Shown piece after piece: positions 52,089-60,831 of a stretch of 64,000 nucleotides of DNA. Source of the stretch: Bythopirellula sp. Its GTDB lineage: Bacteria > Planctomycetota > Planctomycetia > Pirellulales > Lacipirellulaceae. The stretch covers positions 1,280,350 through 1,344,349 of the forward strand of contig OZ245849.1 of the NCBI GenBank assembly GCA_965228965.1. Direction: 5' to 3'. Below the pieces are notes generated by a model. The model made no database searches. It was not told where the DNA came from and saw only the letters and a program-made list of their open reading frames with translations. Position 1 is the stretch's first letter. Each line of letters opens with the position of its first letter. A program made the position numbers and the translations under genes.

Positions 52089-53534
52089 ATGAATTGGTTT
52101 CGAGTTTTTGGAGGCGTGTGCGTGCTTGGCTTGCTCGTTGCCTCGCTGAATCACGCGGTTGCGGAGGAAGCTGCACCCGACGCTTCGCGTAGTTTGTTCA
52201 ACGGCAAGAACCTCGACGGGTGGCACATGGACATACCCGCCAAGGATAAAGACCCCAACGTCCGAGACTCGTTCATCGTCCGCGACGGCATGCTGGTCAG
52301 CCTGGGCAAACCCGGCGGGCATCTGATCACCGACGAGGAGTTTCAAAACTACCGCCTCGAAGCCCAGTATCGCTTCGCCAACAAGCCGGGCAATTGCGGC
52401 ATCCTGGTGCACGCATCGACGCCGCGTTCGCTGGCCGGCATGTTCCCCGCCTCGCTCGAGGTGCAGATGATGCACAAGAACGCCGGTGACTTTTGGTGCA
52501 TTATCGAAGACATCGAAGTGCCCAACATGGTCGAACGACGCGGGCCCAAGGACCAGTGGGGCGGCACCCGCGGCAAGAAACGCCGGATTTTGAACCTCAC
52601 CGACGACTCCGAAAAACCGCTGGGCGAGTGGAACACCATGGTCATCGAGTGCCTTAACGACCAGATCAAGGTGTGGGTCAACGGCGATCTGGTCAACTAC
52701 GGCTCGAAGTGCACCGCCACCAAGGGCCAAATCGCCGTGCAGGCGGAAGGCTCAGAGGTTGAGTTTCGCAAGCTAGTACTCACACCCATCACCAAACTCT
52801 CGGGCGACACGTCGATGAAAGCGGCCGGCGTGAAGCAGGTGCTCGAATTGCGCACTTACACGTTGCTCAACTCAGCCGCTGAACAACAGCTCGACCAGTA
52901 TCTCGAGCAAGCACTGCTGCCGGCGCTTGTGCGGCAGGGTCTGGGTCCGATCGGAGTATTCGATCAGGCGAATGAGCCAACCGACGGGCCGATCGAAGTG
53001 ATGCTGCTGATCGCTGGTCCCAGCGCCGAGGCCGTGACCAGCGCGACCGCCAAGCTTGCCGACGACGCGGAGTACCAGGAAGCCGCCCAGCCGTACTCGG
53101 GAACTTCGTTCAAGAAGCCGCTGCTGCAACGCATCCGTAGCGAGTTGCTGATGTCGTTTGACGTGTGGCCGCAGGTGACCGTGCCGCAACAAACACAACG
53201 CGCTGTCGATCGGCTGTTTGAGTTACGCAGCTACGAGAGTTCCACGGAGCAATCCGGCCACGTGAAAGTCGACATGTTCAATTCAGGCGAGGTCCCGATC
53301 TTCCTTGACAGCGGCATCATGCCGGTGTTCATGGGCCAGGTGCTGATCGGCGAAAAGATGCCGAACCTGACGTACATGACCGTCTACGACGACACCGAGT
53401 CGCGCGACAAGGCGTGGAAGACCTTCATCGCCCACCCCGACTGGCAGGTGCTCAAGGAAGTCGAAAAATATAAAGACACCGTCAGCCGCATCCACAAATC
53501 GGATTGGAAACCCAAAAACTACTCGCAGCTGTAA
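52089..53534 (+). CDS. Secreted fusion protein: DUF1080 (3-keto-disaccharide hydrolase-like lectin fold) + two NIPSNAP-like domains
   Basis: ATG at 52089 gives MNWFRVFGGVCVLGLLVASLNHAVA (signal peptide). Contains SLFNGKNLDGWH ... IKVWVNGDLVN ... GQIAVQAEGSEVEFRKLVL, then VLELRTYTL... and LFELRSYES...NLTYMTVYDD. The listed ORF start at 51729 overlaps the HDAC gene and is an artefact. Confidence 0.75.
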   Translation: MNWFRVFGGVCVLGLLVASLNHAVAEEAAPDASRSLFNGKNLDGWHMDIPAKDKDPNVRDSFIVRDGMLVSLGKPGGHLITDEEFQNYRLEAQYRFANKPGNCGILVHASTPRSLAGMFPASLEVQMMHKNAGDFWCIIEDIEVPNMVERRGPKDQWGGTRGKKRRILNLTDDSEKPLGEWNTMVIECLNDQIKVWVNGDLVNYGSKCTATKGQIAVQAEGSEVEFRKLVLTPITKLSGDTSMKAAGVKQVLELRTYTLLNSAAEQQLDQYLEQALLPALVRQGLGPIGVFDQANEPTDGPIEVMLLIAGPSAEAVTSATAKLADDAEYQEAAQPYSGTSFKKPLLQRIRSELLMSFDVWPQVTVPQQTQRAVDRLFELRSYESSTEQSGHVKVDMFNSGEVPIFLDSGIMPVFMGQVLIGEKMPNLTYMTVYDDTESRDKAWKTFIAHPDWQVLKEVEKYKDTVSRIHKSDWKPKNYSQL

Positions 53535-53567
53535 GGCTCAATCGCGCCACCAGAAATTACACCACTC

Positions 53568-53641
53568 CCCAGCCGCGACCGTCAGGGAGCCGGATCACGA
53601 AACCACGGGAACTATCCGACTCCCTGACGGTCGCGGCTGGG
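53568..53641. repeat. Perfect 22-bp inverted repeat (terminator/REP-like)
   Basis: CCCAGCCGCGACCGTCAGGGAG (53568-53589) pairs with CTCCCTGACGGTCGCGGCTGGG (53620-53641), with a 30-nt loop. Lies 33 nt after the stop at 53534. Confidence 0.8.
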
Positions 53642-54084
53642 TTGATCCCCCCGAATGGAGTTTTGACACACGCGTCCGAACCACGCTTGGTGTCCGAAAA
53701 TTCCTAGCCTTCACTGATCGCTAAGTGCTTCCAAGGCAGGGACTTGTGTGTTCTCTGGAGGCAATTTCGAGCCGCTTTTTCGGAATTTCACCCGGTCTTG
53801 TGTCGTAAAAACGATTTCGCGCGCGAGCGTAAGTCATTGGCTGAAGACACCTTGCTGCGTGATGCAATAAAAACGCACGTGTCCGAAAAATCCCTTGGCC
53901 GCGGAAACACGCACCGCGACGCGCGCAGTCTCCCCGTCGAATCGATCTCAATCAAGTTGCCAAAGAACGCCCCGCCCATCTCCAGGCACGCTGATTCTAC
54001 CCGAACCACTGGCCCAATTTCAGCAACGAATTTTGGCCACCGAAGTTGAGCCGTCGGCGCTGCGGGTACCGCGACGGCAGCATT

Positions 54085-54141
54085 CGTAGGGTCCGCTTGC
54101 GGACCACAGAAGCTCATTCCGGTCCGCAAGCGGACCCTACG
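54085..54141. repeat. Perfect 21-bp inverted repeat whose arms are each self-complementary
   Basis: CGTAGGGTCCGCTTGCGGACC (54085-54105) pairs with GGTCCGCAAGCGGACCCTACG (54121-54141). Each arm contains GGTCCGC..GCGGACC. Confidence 0.8.
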
Positions 54142-54408
54142 CGTTAAGGCATCTCGGTCTTTGCATTTGCTTGCGAGTGCGCTTGTCTGGCGATACGATG
54201 CTGCCATGGTAGGAGTTTCGTTATGGGGCGAAGCGGTCGCAGGTACGCGAATGGGGGATGTAGACCGCGTAGCTTCTTCCCAATAGGCACGCTGCAGCGC
54301 TGAGCCGTAGGTTTCTTGTTGTTCTCCTGAGGAATCTCGCGAACTATGCTGGCCTCGCCGTTGTCCACTCATGCTCGGCGCAATCATGACCTAACAGGGA
54401 GGCACCAC

Positions 54409-54948
54409 ATGTACTTTAAGTTTGATGACGGAATTCTTGACTGCGACTTGTCGTTTCTTCAGGATCTATTCGCGCTTCTCGATGCGAGACTAGACCAAGT
54501 TCGAGAGAAGATTGACGCATCTTCGGATCCAGATTCGATGGGATATTTTGATGAAGCAGAATATATCTCAGGCATGGGCTTCATCGCTTGCCAACGATAT
54601 CTGACCTCGACGTACGGGCCATTGAATATCGCAAAAAACTCCGCGCTCAGCGTTGGCCCTGTTCACGCGGGTGGTGAGTTCTACGCGAGGATCATCAACG
54701 CGTCGGCAAACTATTGGAAACATGAGGATGAATGGGGCTTGCAAGCAACGGTCGACCGTGACCGCAGTGCGTTGGGACCACAACAATTGGAGACGATTCG
54801 GATCATCGAGACTGTGACTCCGTGGGATGCTTACACCTGTGCGAACGTCCTGTGGGTACTAACAGATCCAAACGAATCAAGGCTGACAAACCTAGTACCA
54901 ATTATTGAGGCTTGGCGAACGGAACTTGACGCAATGCGCGTCCGATAA
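54409..54948 (+). CDS. Hypothetical protein (low-GC orphan)
   Basis: ATG at 54409 (MYFKFDDGILD...) is preceded by GGGAGG 6 nt upstream. 179 aa. AT-richer than the surroundings, with no recognisable motif. Confidence 0.5.
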   Translation: MYFKFDDGILDCDLSFLQDLFALLDARLDQVREKIDASSDPDSMGYFDEAEYISGMGFIACQRYLTSTYGPLNIAKNSALSVGPVHAGGEFYARIINASANYWKHEDEWGLQATVDRDRSALGPQQLETIRIIETVTPWDAYTCANVLWVLTDPNESRLTNLVPIIEAWRTELDAMRVR

Positions 54949-55045
54949 CAAATCGACCGACAAGTGCTGCGAATCAACCATGGCCATGGTCACCGACATC
55001 GAGCAGTATTTTTCAGACAGCCGCGGCCGTCGAGATGATTGAGAT

Positions 55046-55123
55046 ACGCCCGTAGGACGGCCACTCTTGGCCGTCGTGCAATAGAATCCAAGTACCGACG
55101 GGCAGGAGTGCCCGTCCTACGGT
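55046..55123. repeat. 78-bp structured palindromic repeat, copy 1
   Basis: ACGCCCGTAGGACGGCCACTCTTGGCCGTCGTGCAATAGAATCCAAGTACCGACGGGCAGGAGTGCCCGTCCTACGGT. The outer stem is CCGTAGGACGG/CCGTCCTACGG. It also contains two inner hairpins, GACGGCCA/TGGCCGTC and GACGGGCA/TGCCCGTC. Confidence 0.75.
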
Positions 55124-55195
55124 GTGGGATCCAGTATATCGGCGCGAATCCTCAGAAGGCTGGATTGGCACATGAAAACGCCTGGCGACGGTGGA

Positions 55196-55297
55196 TCTTG
55201 CCGGAATGGGAAGCCGCCGGTTGAGGTTTTCGAGATACGTAGGACGGCGGCTCTTGCCGGAATGGGAAGCCGCCGGGTGGGGTTTTCGAGATACGTA
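55196..55297. repeat. 56-bp tandem repeat; the second unit is interrupted by the IS element
   Basis: CTTGCCGGAATGGGAAGCCGCCGG[T/G]TG[A/G]GGTTTTCGAGATACGTAGGACGGCGG occurs at 55196-55250. It occurs again from 55252, broken after ...GAGATACGTA at 55297 and resuming at 56827. Confidence 0.7.
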
Positions 55298-56826
55298 GTC
55301 GTCCCTGAAAAAGCCACGTTCCATGCGTTGGGATTTTTGTTTCCTCAAGCGGTGGAAGATAATGAGGTCGTGTTTGGCTCGTGTTTTTGAACTGGGAGTG
55401 GTTGGAGCCCCGTTTTCAGGGCAGCGATCAGCCAACCGATAAGCGCATCAGCAATGCCGCGTAGCAGCTTGAGCAGATTCGCCCCGGCAGCGGCCAGGAG
55501 GACGTTGATCGCGTCGCCCGTAAGCCCTTTGAGAAAGCATCGCCCCAGGCGATGGTCGCTTTTGAGGTGGCCAATCTTCGGCTCCACGGCACTGCGTCGT
55601 TTGCGTTTTTTCTTCTGGCTGCGAGAAAGCTTTTTGGGACTGCTGCCGGCAAGATGAACTTGGGCCTCGCCTTGATAGTCGTGGCCGCGATAGCCTTTGT
55701 CGACGTAAGCATCGGTCACTTCAACACCCGTGGTCTGCTCGATTGTGGCCATCGCCGAAGAGAGCGTGTGACCATCGTAAGGGTTGCCTTCACAAAGCTC
55801 GACGCCGACAATCCAGTTGCTGCGATTGGCCGTGGCCACGGTCACCTTTTGGCCAAACTCATAACGCTGCCGCGCTTTACCTTTGCTGATACACTTCACT
55901 TCCGGCTCGTGCAGACTGTAGAGCTTGTTTTTGTCGGTCGGTTTCTGTTTGTGCAGGCGCTCACATCGGGTGAGCAAGGTTTCTAGCGTCTCGTCGGGTT
56001 GGGGCAGCTTGCGACGCCAGTCGCGAATCACCCGGCCCAGATAGGTGCGGAGCCTTTTCAATTCACGTCGCATCCGCTTAAACTGCTTGGCGTGCGCATA
56101 ACGACTCGCCATGATCGCCGCCTTTTTTGCCACACGAACATACGTCTGGCGAAGCTTCACGCCTCGTTGTTTCGCCGCCTGGCCCAGTTTCACGATCGCC
56201 TTGTGGAGGAGTTTTGAGTCGGTCGGGAAGGTGATGTTCTTTTCTTGCACGCTGGTGTCCACGTTCACCTGCGACAACTCTTGCTTGGTGACTTGGTTTT
56301 CACGCAGTGCCAAGGCAATCGTCTCGCCGAGTAGTTCAGCCAGTTTCTCGGCACCGACCCGCTGACGCCACTTGGTGAGCGACGTGGGATGCAGCGGCAG
56401 CTGATGTTGCATCGTTTCAAAGCCACAGAAGTATTGCCAATACGGATTCTCGACCCAACGCTCAACCACCGACTCGTCCGACTCGTCAAAGGTGTGCTTC
56501 AGATAATGCAGCCCGACTAGCAGGCGAACCGCCTTGGCCGGGGCCCCTTGATCCGGGCTATAGCAATCAGCCAGCACCGCATCGAAGCGATCCCAGTCGA
56601 TCTGGCCCGCTAGCACAAACAGCGGATGGTCATGATTCAAGAGCTGCTCGAACTGCGCTTGGAACAATTGCAGTTGGCTGGATTCCGGTCGTGATTTGGG
56701 CTGCATCCCTGTCACCAAATTGCAAGGTTCTGATCTTCAACAGGACGATTCCTGGCAATTCTAAACAACCCCTTCCGTAGAGAAACCCCAACCGTCAAGC
56801 AATAATATCCATTCGGCAGGCACGAC
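55298..56826 (-). mobile_element. IS5-family (IS5/IS1182-like) insertion sequence, 1,529 bp, apparently intact
   Basis: The ends are GTCGTCCCTG... (55298) and ...CAGGCACGAC (56826), a 10-bp inverted repeat with 1 mismatch. A TACGTA direct repeat lies at 55292-55297 and 56827-56832. The element carries a single 457-aa DDE transposase ORF. Confidence 0.75.
55345..56718 (-). CDS. IS5-family DDE transposase with InsH-type N-terminal domain
   Basis: 457-aa ORF. Contains DWDRFDAVLADCYSPDQGAPAKAVRLLVGLHYLKHTFDESDESVVERWVENPYWQYFCG, VDTSVQEKNITFPTDSKLL, AYVDKGYRGH and RSAVEPKIGHLK. Confidence 0.85.
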   Translation of the reverse strand: MVTGMQPKSRPESSQLQLFQAQFEQLLNHDHPLFVLAGQIDWDRFDAVLADCYSPDQGAPAKAVRLLVGLHYLKHTFDESDESVVERWVENPYWQYFCGFETMQHQLPLHPTSLTKWRQRVGAEKLAELLGETIALALRENQVTKQELSQVNVDTSVQEKNITFPTDSKLLHKAIVKLGQAAKQRGVKLRQTYVRVAKKAAIMASRYAHAKQFKRMRRELKRLRTYLGRVIRDWRRKLPQPDETLETLLTRCERLHKQKPTDKNKLYSLHEPEVKCISKGKARQRYEFGQKVTVATANRSNWIVGVELCEGNPYDGHTLSSAMATIEQTTGVEVTDAYVDKGYRGHDYQGEAQVHLAGSSPKKLSRSQKKKRKRRSAVEPKIGHLKSDHRLGRCFLKGLTGDAINVLLAAAGANLLKLLRGIADALIGWLIAALKTGLQPLPVQKHEPNTTSLSSTA

Positions 56827-56867
56827 TACGTAGGACGGCGGCTCTTGGCCATCGCGATGAATGAAAC

Positions 56868-56945
56868 ACGCCCGTAGGACGGCCACTCCTGGCCGTCGCG
56901 CAATAGAATCCACGTGCCGACGGGCAGGAGTGCCCGTCCTACGGT
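56868..56945. repeat. 78-bp structured palindromic repeat, copy 2 (4 mismatches to copy 1)
   Basis: ACGCCCGTAGGACGGCCACTCCTGGCCGTCGCGCAATAGAATCCACGTGCCGACGGGCAGGAGTGCCCGTCCTACGGT. Lies 13 bp beyond the stop of the 56959..59481 gene. Confidence 0.75.
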
Positions 56946-56958
56946 TTGTGGGTCGCGA

Positions 56959-59481
56959 TTACTCGTCGGCGTAGACTTTGGTGCTGACTTCCTTGGTGAT
57001 CGGCTGCTGCAGGTCGTCGGAGGTGACTTGCACGCGGACGCGTTGGTCGCCGGGGCGGACGCCTTGGGCTTGGATGCGGAAGGTTGTGTCCGACTTGGGT
57101 GCCAGCTGCGCCAACGGGGTGAACACCACGCGCGGACCTTCAATCTGGTGGCGAGTTTCGCCCTGTCCGGACAGCGGTCGGATCCCCGCCGGCATCAGTG
57201 CTGCGACCTGCACGTTGGTCGCGGCCTTGGAGCCTTGGTTGCGAACGCGGATTTCGTAGGTCGTCTCGCCGCCGATTTCGATCAGGCCTTCGACGTCTTC
57301 AACCTCGAACATCAGCGCCGACAGACCTTCGACGAGCACCTGTTTGTCGGTCGCGTCTTCCAGGCCTTGGCGTGCCTTGGTCGCGACTTCCAAAGTCTGG
57401 GCACCGGCTTCGATCGGCAGGGCCACGAGTTCGACAGTGCCGCGTTCGTTGGCGGGCAGCTCGGCGAGGCTCCAATGCACGCTATGGGTGGACGAGTCGT
57501 ATTCGCCCATGTTGTTGGCGCTGACAAATTGCATCCCCTTGGGCAGGTGCGTGACGAGTTGGACGTCCTTGGCCGCAGCGGTACCGGGATTGTCGATGCT
57601 GACTTTATAGGTTGCAGGTCGCTCGAGGAACCGACGCTGCGGGCCTTCGATCGACAGTTGCAATTCGGGCGCGATCACTTCGAACTCGCAGACCGCTTCT
57701 TCTTGCAGGCTCGCGTCGGCACGGGCAACCATGACGTTACTCACTCGCCCGGCTTGTTCGGCGGTGAGCACGAGATCCATGCGCCGCGTCTCGCCGGCCT
57801 GCAAGGTCCCCACTTCAAATTCCAAGGCGGGGCCCGCTTCGTGGCTCACGCCAGCAGGGACTGTTTCCAGAAGCATGACCCCAGTGGCGTCGCCGCTGCC
57901 GGGGTTGGTCAATTCGATTTGTACCACGTGCTGCTGACCGACGTGCACCTGCGCCTTGGAAGTCAAACGTAGCGCCAACTCGGGGCGAGTGCACAGCGAT
58001 TTCGCGGAAGCTTGCGCGGCGAAACTGACGGTGGCAACGCTGCCCAGTTCGCCTTCTTCCTTGGGCAATAGCTCCATCTCGACGGTGCGTTGCTCACCGG
58101 GTGAGAGTGTGCCGAGGTCCCACATCACTTCCGATCCGGAAATGTCGGCCCGCGGCGCGGTCCCGATCAGCTCTGTGCCGAGCGGGATCTCGTCGTGGAT
58201 GCGGACGTTCTGCGCGGTTCGCTGACCGGTGTTGTGAACGCGAATGGCAAACATGCATCGCTTGCCTACTTGGATTTCTTCAGGCGATAGTTTTTGAATT
58301 GTGATCGAGGGGCTTTGCGAGCCTTCCAACAAGCTTTCGCCGGGGCGACCGGTTCCTGGATGGTTGTCGATGCCGGGGGTCGGTGTGAGACCCTGTGCCA
58401 TGAGCCCACCGCGATCGACAGGTGCCGGTGCCGCGGCGGGGGTTCGACTCGCCAGGCCGCCTGTCGGAGGACCCGTCGGCAAAGCGGCGAACGGATTAGC
58501 GGCAGGCGTCGGTGCGGCCAGTGTGGGTGCAGCAGGCGTGGGCACTGGAGCTCGACGTTGCGTTGGTGCGGCCTGACTCAGCGGTGGCGTCTGGATGTCC
58601 AACGGCGGAGCCGGTCGTTGCAGTTGAGCTGGTGGTGTCGCTGGTGGCGTGGTCGTGGTCGGCGGGGCCGATTGGTAACGATTGTTGGTCAGCCCGGCGG
58701 GCGGCGCCGGTTGCAGAGGACGGGCCTGCTGCAAAGCGGCGGCCAGGTTCCCCGACGTGTTTGCTGTGGGTTGCTTCACGGGTGGCTGAGCAGCCGGTCG
58801 TTGGGGTGCTTGGGCCAGCGCTTGTCCAAACGCTGCGCGAGCGTCGAGATCGGGAGGGCTCGCCGGTGGGTTGGCAATCTGTAGCGAAGTAGCGCCGGGT
58901 TCCTGACCGCGAGCGACTTCCGATTCGCTTTCGGCGGAAGGCTTCGCTGGCTGTGGTTCGGCTGGTTCCGCGGGCTCGCTGGACGCGGGTGTCGAAATGG
59001 TGGTCATCGCTTTCGCGTAACGATCCCCCACGGCTGTCGACAACGAGGCGGGCGTGGCGGATGTCGACGGCTTCGTCGCGGTAGTTTGAGGTTCGTCTTC
59101 GACCAGCGGCGGCAGCTGGGGCGGTTCCAGCGGCGAGGTGGCCGGATCGACCTTCGTCATCGCGTAGCGATCGGTTTTCGCCGAATTGCTCATCGACGTA
59201 AATGGATTTGTCTTTTCCGCCGGTTTGGCCGCGACCGGTGGAGTCGATTCGCGCTCGTCCGAGCTGAACAACAGATCGAGTTCTGCTTGGCTCGCCGACG
59301 CGCTGTGCGCGACAGGGTTGATGTCGGTTTCAGCCTCGCTTGCAGCCACATCAGAATTCACGTGGCTGTAGTACTGGTAGGCTCCCCAGCCACCGCCCCC
59401 CAGCAGCGACAGCGCCGCAACAGGGACAACGAGACGACGAACGAGCGAACGCTTGGGACGTGTGCGAGTGACGTTTTGCAT
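56959..59481 (-). CDS. Membrane-anchored protein with a Pro/Ala-rich linker and four DUF11 (conserved repeat domain) Ig-like repeats
   Basis: 840-aa ORF. N-terminal TM segment LVVPVAALSLLGGGGWGAY. About 300 aa of P/A/T/Q low complexity. Four units of the type V..G....Y.I.V.N.G...A.NV.....P.G. Confidence 0.75.
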   Translation of the reverse strand: MQNVTRTRPKRSLVRRLVVPVAALSLLGGGGWGAYQYYSHVNSDVAASEAETDINPVAHSASASQAELDLLFSSDERESTPPVAAKPAEKTNPFTSMSNSAKTDRYAMTKVDPATSPLEPPQLPPLVEDEPQTTATKPSTSATPASLSTAVGDRYAKAMTTISTPASSEPAEPAEPQPAKPSAESESEVARGQEPGATSLQIANPPASPPDLDARAAFGQALAQAPQRPAAQPPVKQPTANTSGNLAAALQQARPLQPAPPAGLTNNRYQSAPPTTTTPPATPPAQLQRPAPPLDIQTPPLSQAAPTQRRAPVPTPAAPTLAAPTPAANPFAALPTGPPTGGLASRTPAAAPAPVDRGGLMAQGLTPTPGIDNHPGTGRPGESLLEGSQSPSITIQKLSPEEIQVGKRCMFAIRVHNTGQRTAQNVRIHDEIPLGTELIGTAPRADISGSEVMWDLGTLSPGEQRTVEMELLPKEEGELGSVATVSFAAQASAKSLCTRPELALRLTSKAQVHVGQQHVVQIELTNPGSGDATGVMLLETVPAGVSHEAGPALEFEVGTLQAGETRRMDLVLTAEQAGRVSNVMVARADASLQEEAVCEFEVIAPELQLSIEGPQRRFLERPATYKVSIDNPGTAAAKDVQLVTHLPKGMQFVSANNMGEYDSSTHSVHWSLAELPANERGTVELVALPIEAGAQTLEVATKARQGLEDATDKQVLVEGLSALMFEVEDVEGLIEIGGETTYEIRVRNQGSKAATNVQVAALMPAGIRPLSGQGETRHQIEGPRVVFTPLAQLAPKSDTTFRIQAQGVRPGDQRVRVQVTSDDLQQPITKEVSTKVYADE

Positions 59482-59569
59482 TGGGAGAACCCCGACTGAA
59501 CCTGAAAATTAGTTCTGGCAAACAGCGAGCGCAGCAACTGCCGCGGCAGGCATGGCGGGGTAAATAGCA

Positions 59570-59606
59570 AATCCACGCAGCCGGGCAAAGACCAGCTGCG
59601 TGGATT
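59570..59606 (-). terminator. Putative intrinsic terminator of the 59644..60786 gene
   Basis: AATCCACGCAGC (59570-59581) pairs with GCTGCGTGGATT (59595-59606), with a 13-nt loop. On the minus strand the hairpin is followed by TTGCTATTTA. Confidence 0.45.
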
Positions 59607-59643
59607 GCTAGCAAGAATGAGGTGGCAGCGGAGCGCGTGAGGC

Positions 59644-60786
59644 TTACTTCGCCGCGTCGTCGTGGCAGTACGACAGCGCGAGCAGCACGTAGCCGGTCAC
59701 GAGATTCGGATCGCTCTCCAGCCAACGTTCGTTGCTGTTGAGCCAGCTACCGTCGGGCTGCTGCCGACGGGCGAGCTCGTCGACGAGGTCCTGACGCCAG
59801 TTGTGCCGCGTACCGTCGGCGGTTTCGATCTCTGCTTCGCCGATCGCGTTCAGCGCTTTGGAGAACGTGTGATAGTAGTAGAACAACCCGTTGTCACCCA
59901 TGCCTGGGTTTTCCGACACGCTGTAGTTTTTCTGTGCCCAGCGAAACGCGGCCTCCACGCGCGGATCGTCCGGCCCAACGCCGGCGTAGATCATGCTCTT
60001 CAGCCCCGCATAGGTCATGGAGCCGTAGCTCCTGAGTCCACCGGCAGCAGTTTCGCCCGCTTGGCTTGAGCCACCCGCGGCGGCGGTGTAGTAGAAGCCA
60101 CCATCGGGATTCTTGGCGGCGAATTTGGTGTCGTTATGTTCGGTCTCTAGGTTTTGGCAGCGAGACACAAACGCCAGGGCACGCTGCATGGCCGGATCGT
60201 CGGGGCCGTTGCCGACCGCTTTGAGTGCGTCGATGAAGAAGTTCGTGTTGGAGAGATCCGGCCGTTTGTGTTTGCCGTAGCCGGCGCCCCCATAGCTGGT
60301 GCTGGAGGGATCATGATTCTCGCCGCCGTCCCACTGCATCTCCTTGACGAACGTCTCGGCGGCCTCGAGCAGCTTGTCATACTGCCCATCGGCATTCGCC
60401 TCGCTGAAGCAGAGTATGGCCAGACAGGTCTCGTAGTTTCGGTAGCGGCTGCCGGTCTTGTAGATGCCGCCGTCGGGCTTGACGTGCGTTTGTAAGTGCT
60501 CGAGCGACCGCGCGATGAGCGGATCGCTGGGGGATCGACCATTGCGGAGCAGGGCGGTCGTCACCAGCGACGTCACCCCGGTGCCTGCGAAGCTGCTGTA
60601 CGAGCCGTCCTCGTCTTGGGAGGATGCCAAGAAACTCGTGCCGCGCTGGATCATTCCCGCCAGGTCTGCACCCACCGCCTCCGTGGCGGTCGCGGCTTTG
60701 GCGGTTGGGCAGAAACCGGGAAGCGCCTGCCCGCAAAATGTGGTTGCGACACAGAGTACGACAAGACCGCTTCGAAAGTGACGCAT
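59644..60786 (-). CDS. Secreted prenyltransferase/squalene-oxidase-repeat (alpha/alpha-toroid) protein
   Basis: 380-aa ORF with a signal peptide. Repeated D-G-[GS]-[FWY] units: QDEDGSYSSF, KPDGGIYKTG, NPDGGFYYTA and QQPDGSWLNS. Confidence 0.65.
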   Translation of the reverse strand: MRHFRSGLVVLCVATTFCGQALPGFCPTAKAATATEAVGADLAGMIQRGTSFLASSQDEDGSYSSFAGTGVTSLVTTALLRNGRSPSDPLIARSLEHLQTHVKPDGGIYKTGSRYRNYETCLAILCFSEANADGQYDKLLEAAETFVKEMQWDGGENHDPSSTSYGGAGYGKHKRPDLSNTNFFIDALKAVGNGPDDPAMQRALAFVSRCQNLETEHNDTKFAAKNPDGGFYYTAAAGGSSQAGETAAGGLRSYGSMTYAGLKSMIYAGVGPDDPRVEAAFRWAQKNYSVSENPGMGDNGLFYYYHTFSKALNAIGEAEIETADGTRHNWRQDLVDELARRQQPDGSWLNSNERWLESDPNLVTGYVLLALSYCHDDAAK

Positions 60787-60831
60787 GAGTGAGTGCCTCC
60801 GTTAAGTGGTGAGTTTGTCGCCCAGGCACCG

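Noticed and set aside
53788-54387. 199-aa minus-strand ORF
   Set aside because: It reads through the 21-bp palindrome and the dispersed motifs. It has Arg/Ser/Ala-rich composition, no RBS and no motif, so it is likely non-coding.
55030-56950. CRISPR array, suggested by the repeated palindromic units
   Set aside because: There are only two copies each of a 56-bp tandem unit and a 78-bp unit, with no regular repeat-spacer periodicity and no cas genes. The 1.5-kb gap between copies is an IS element.
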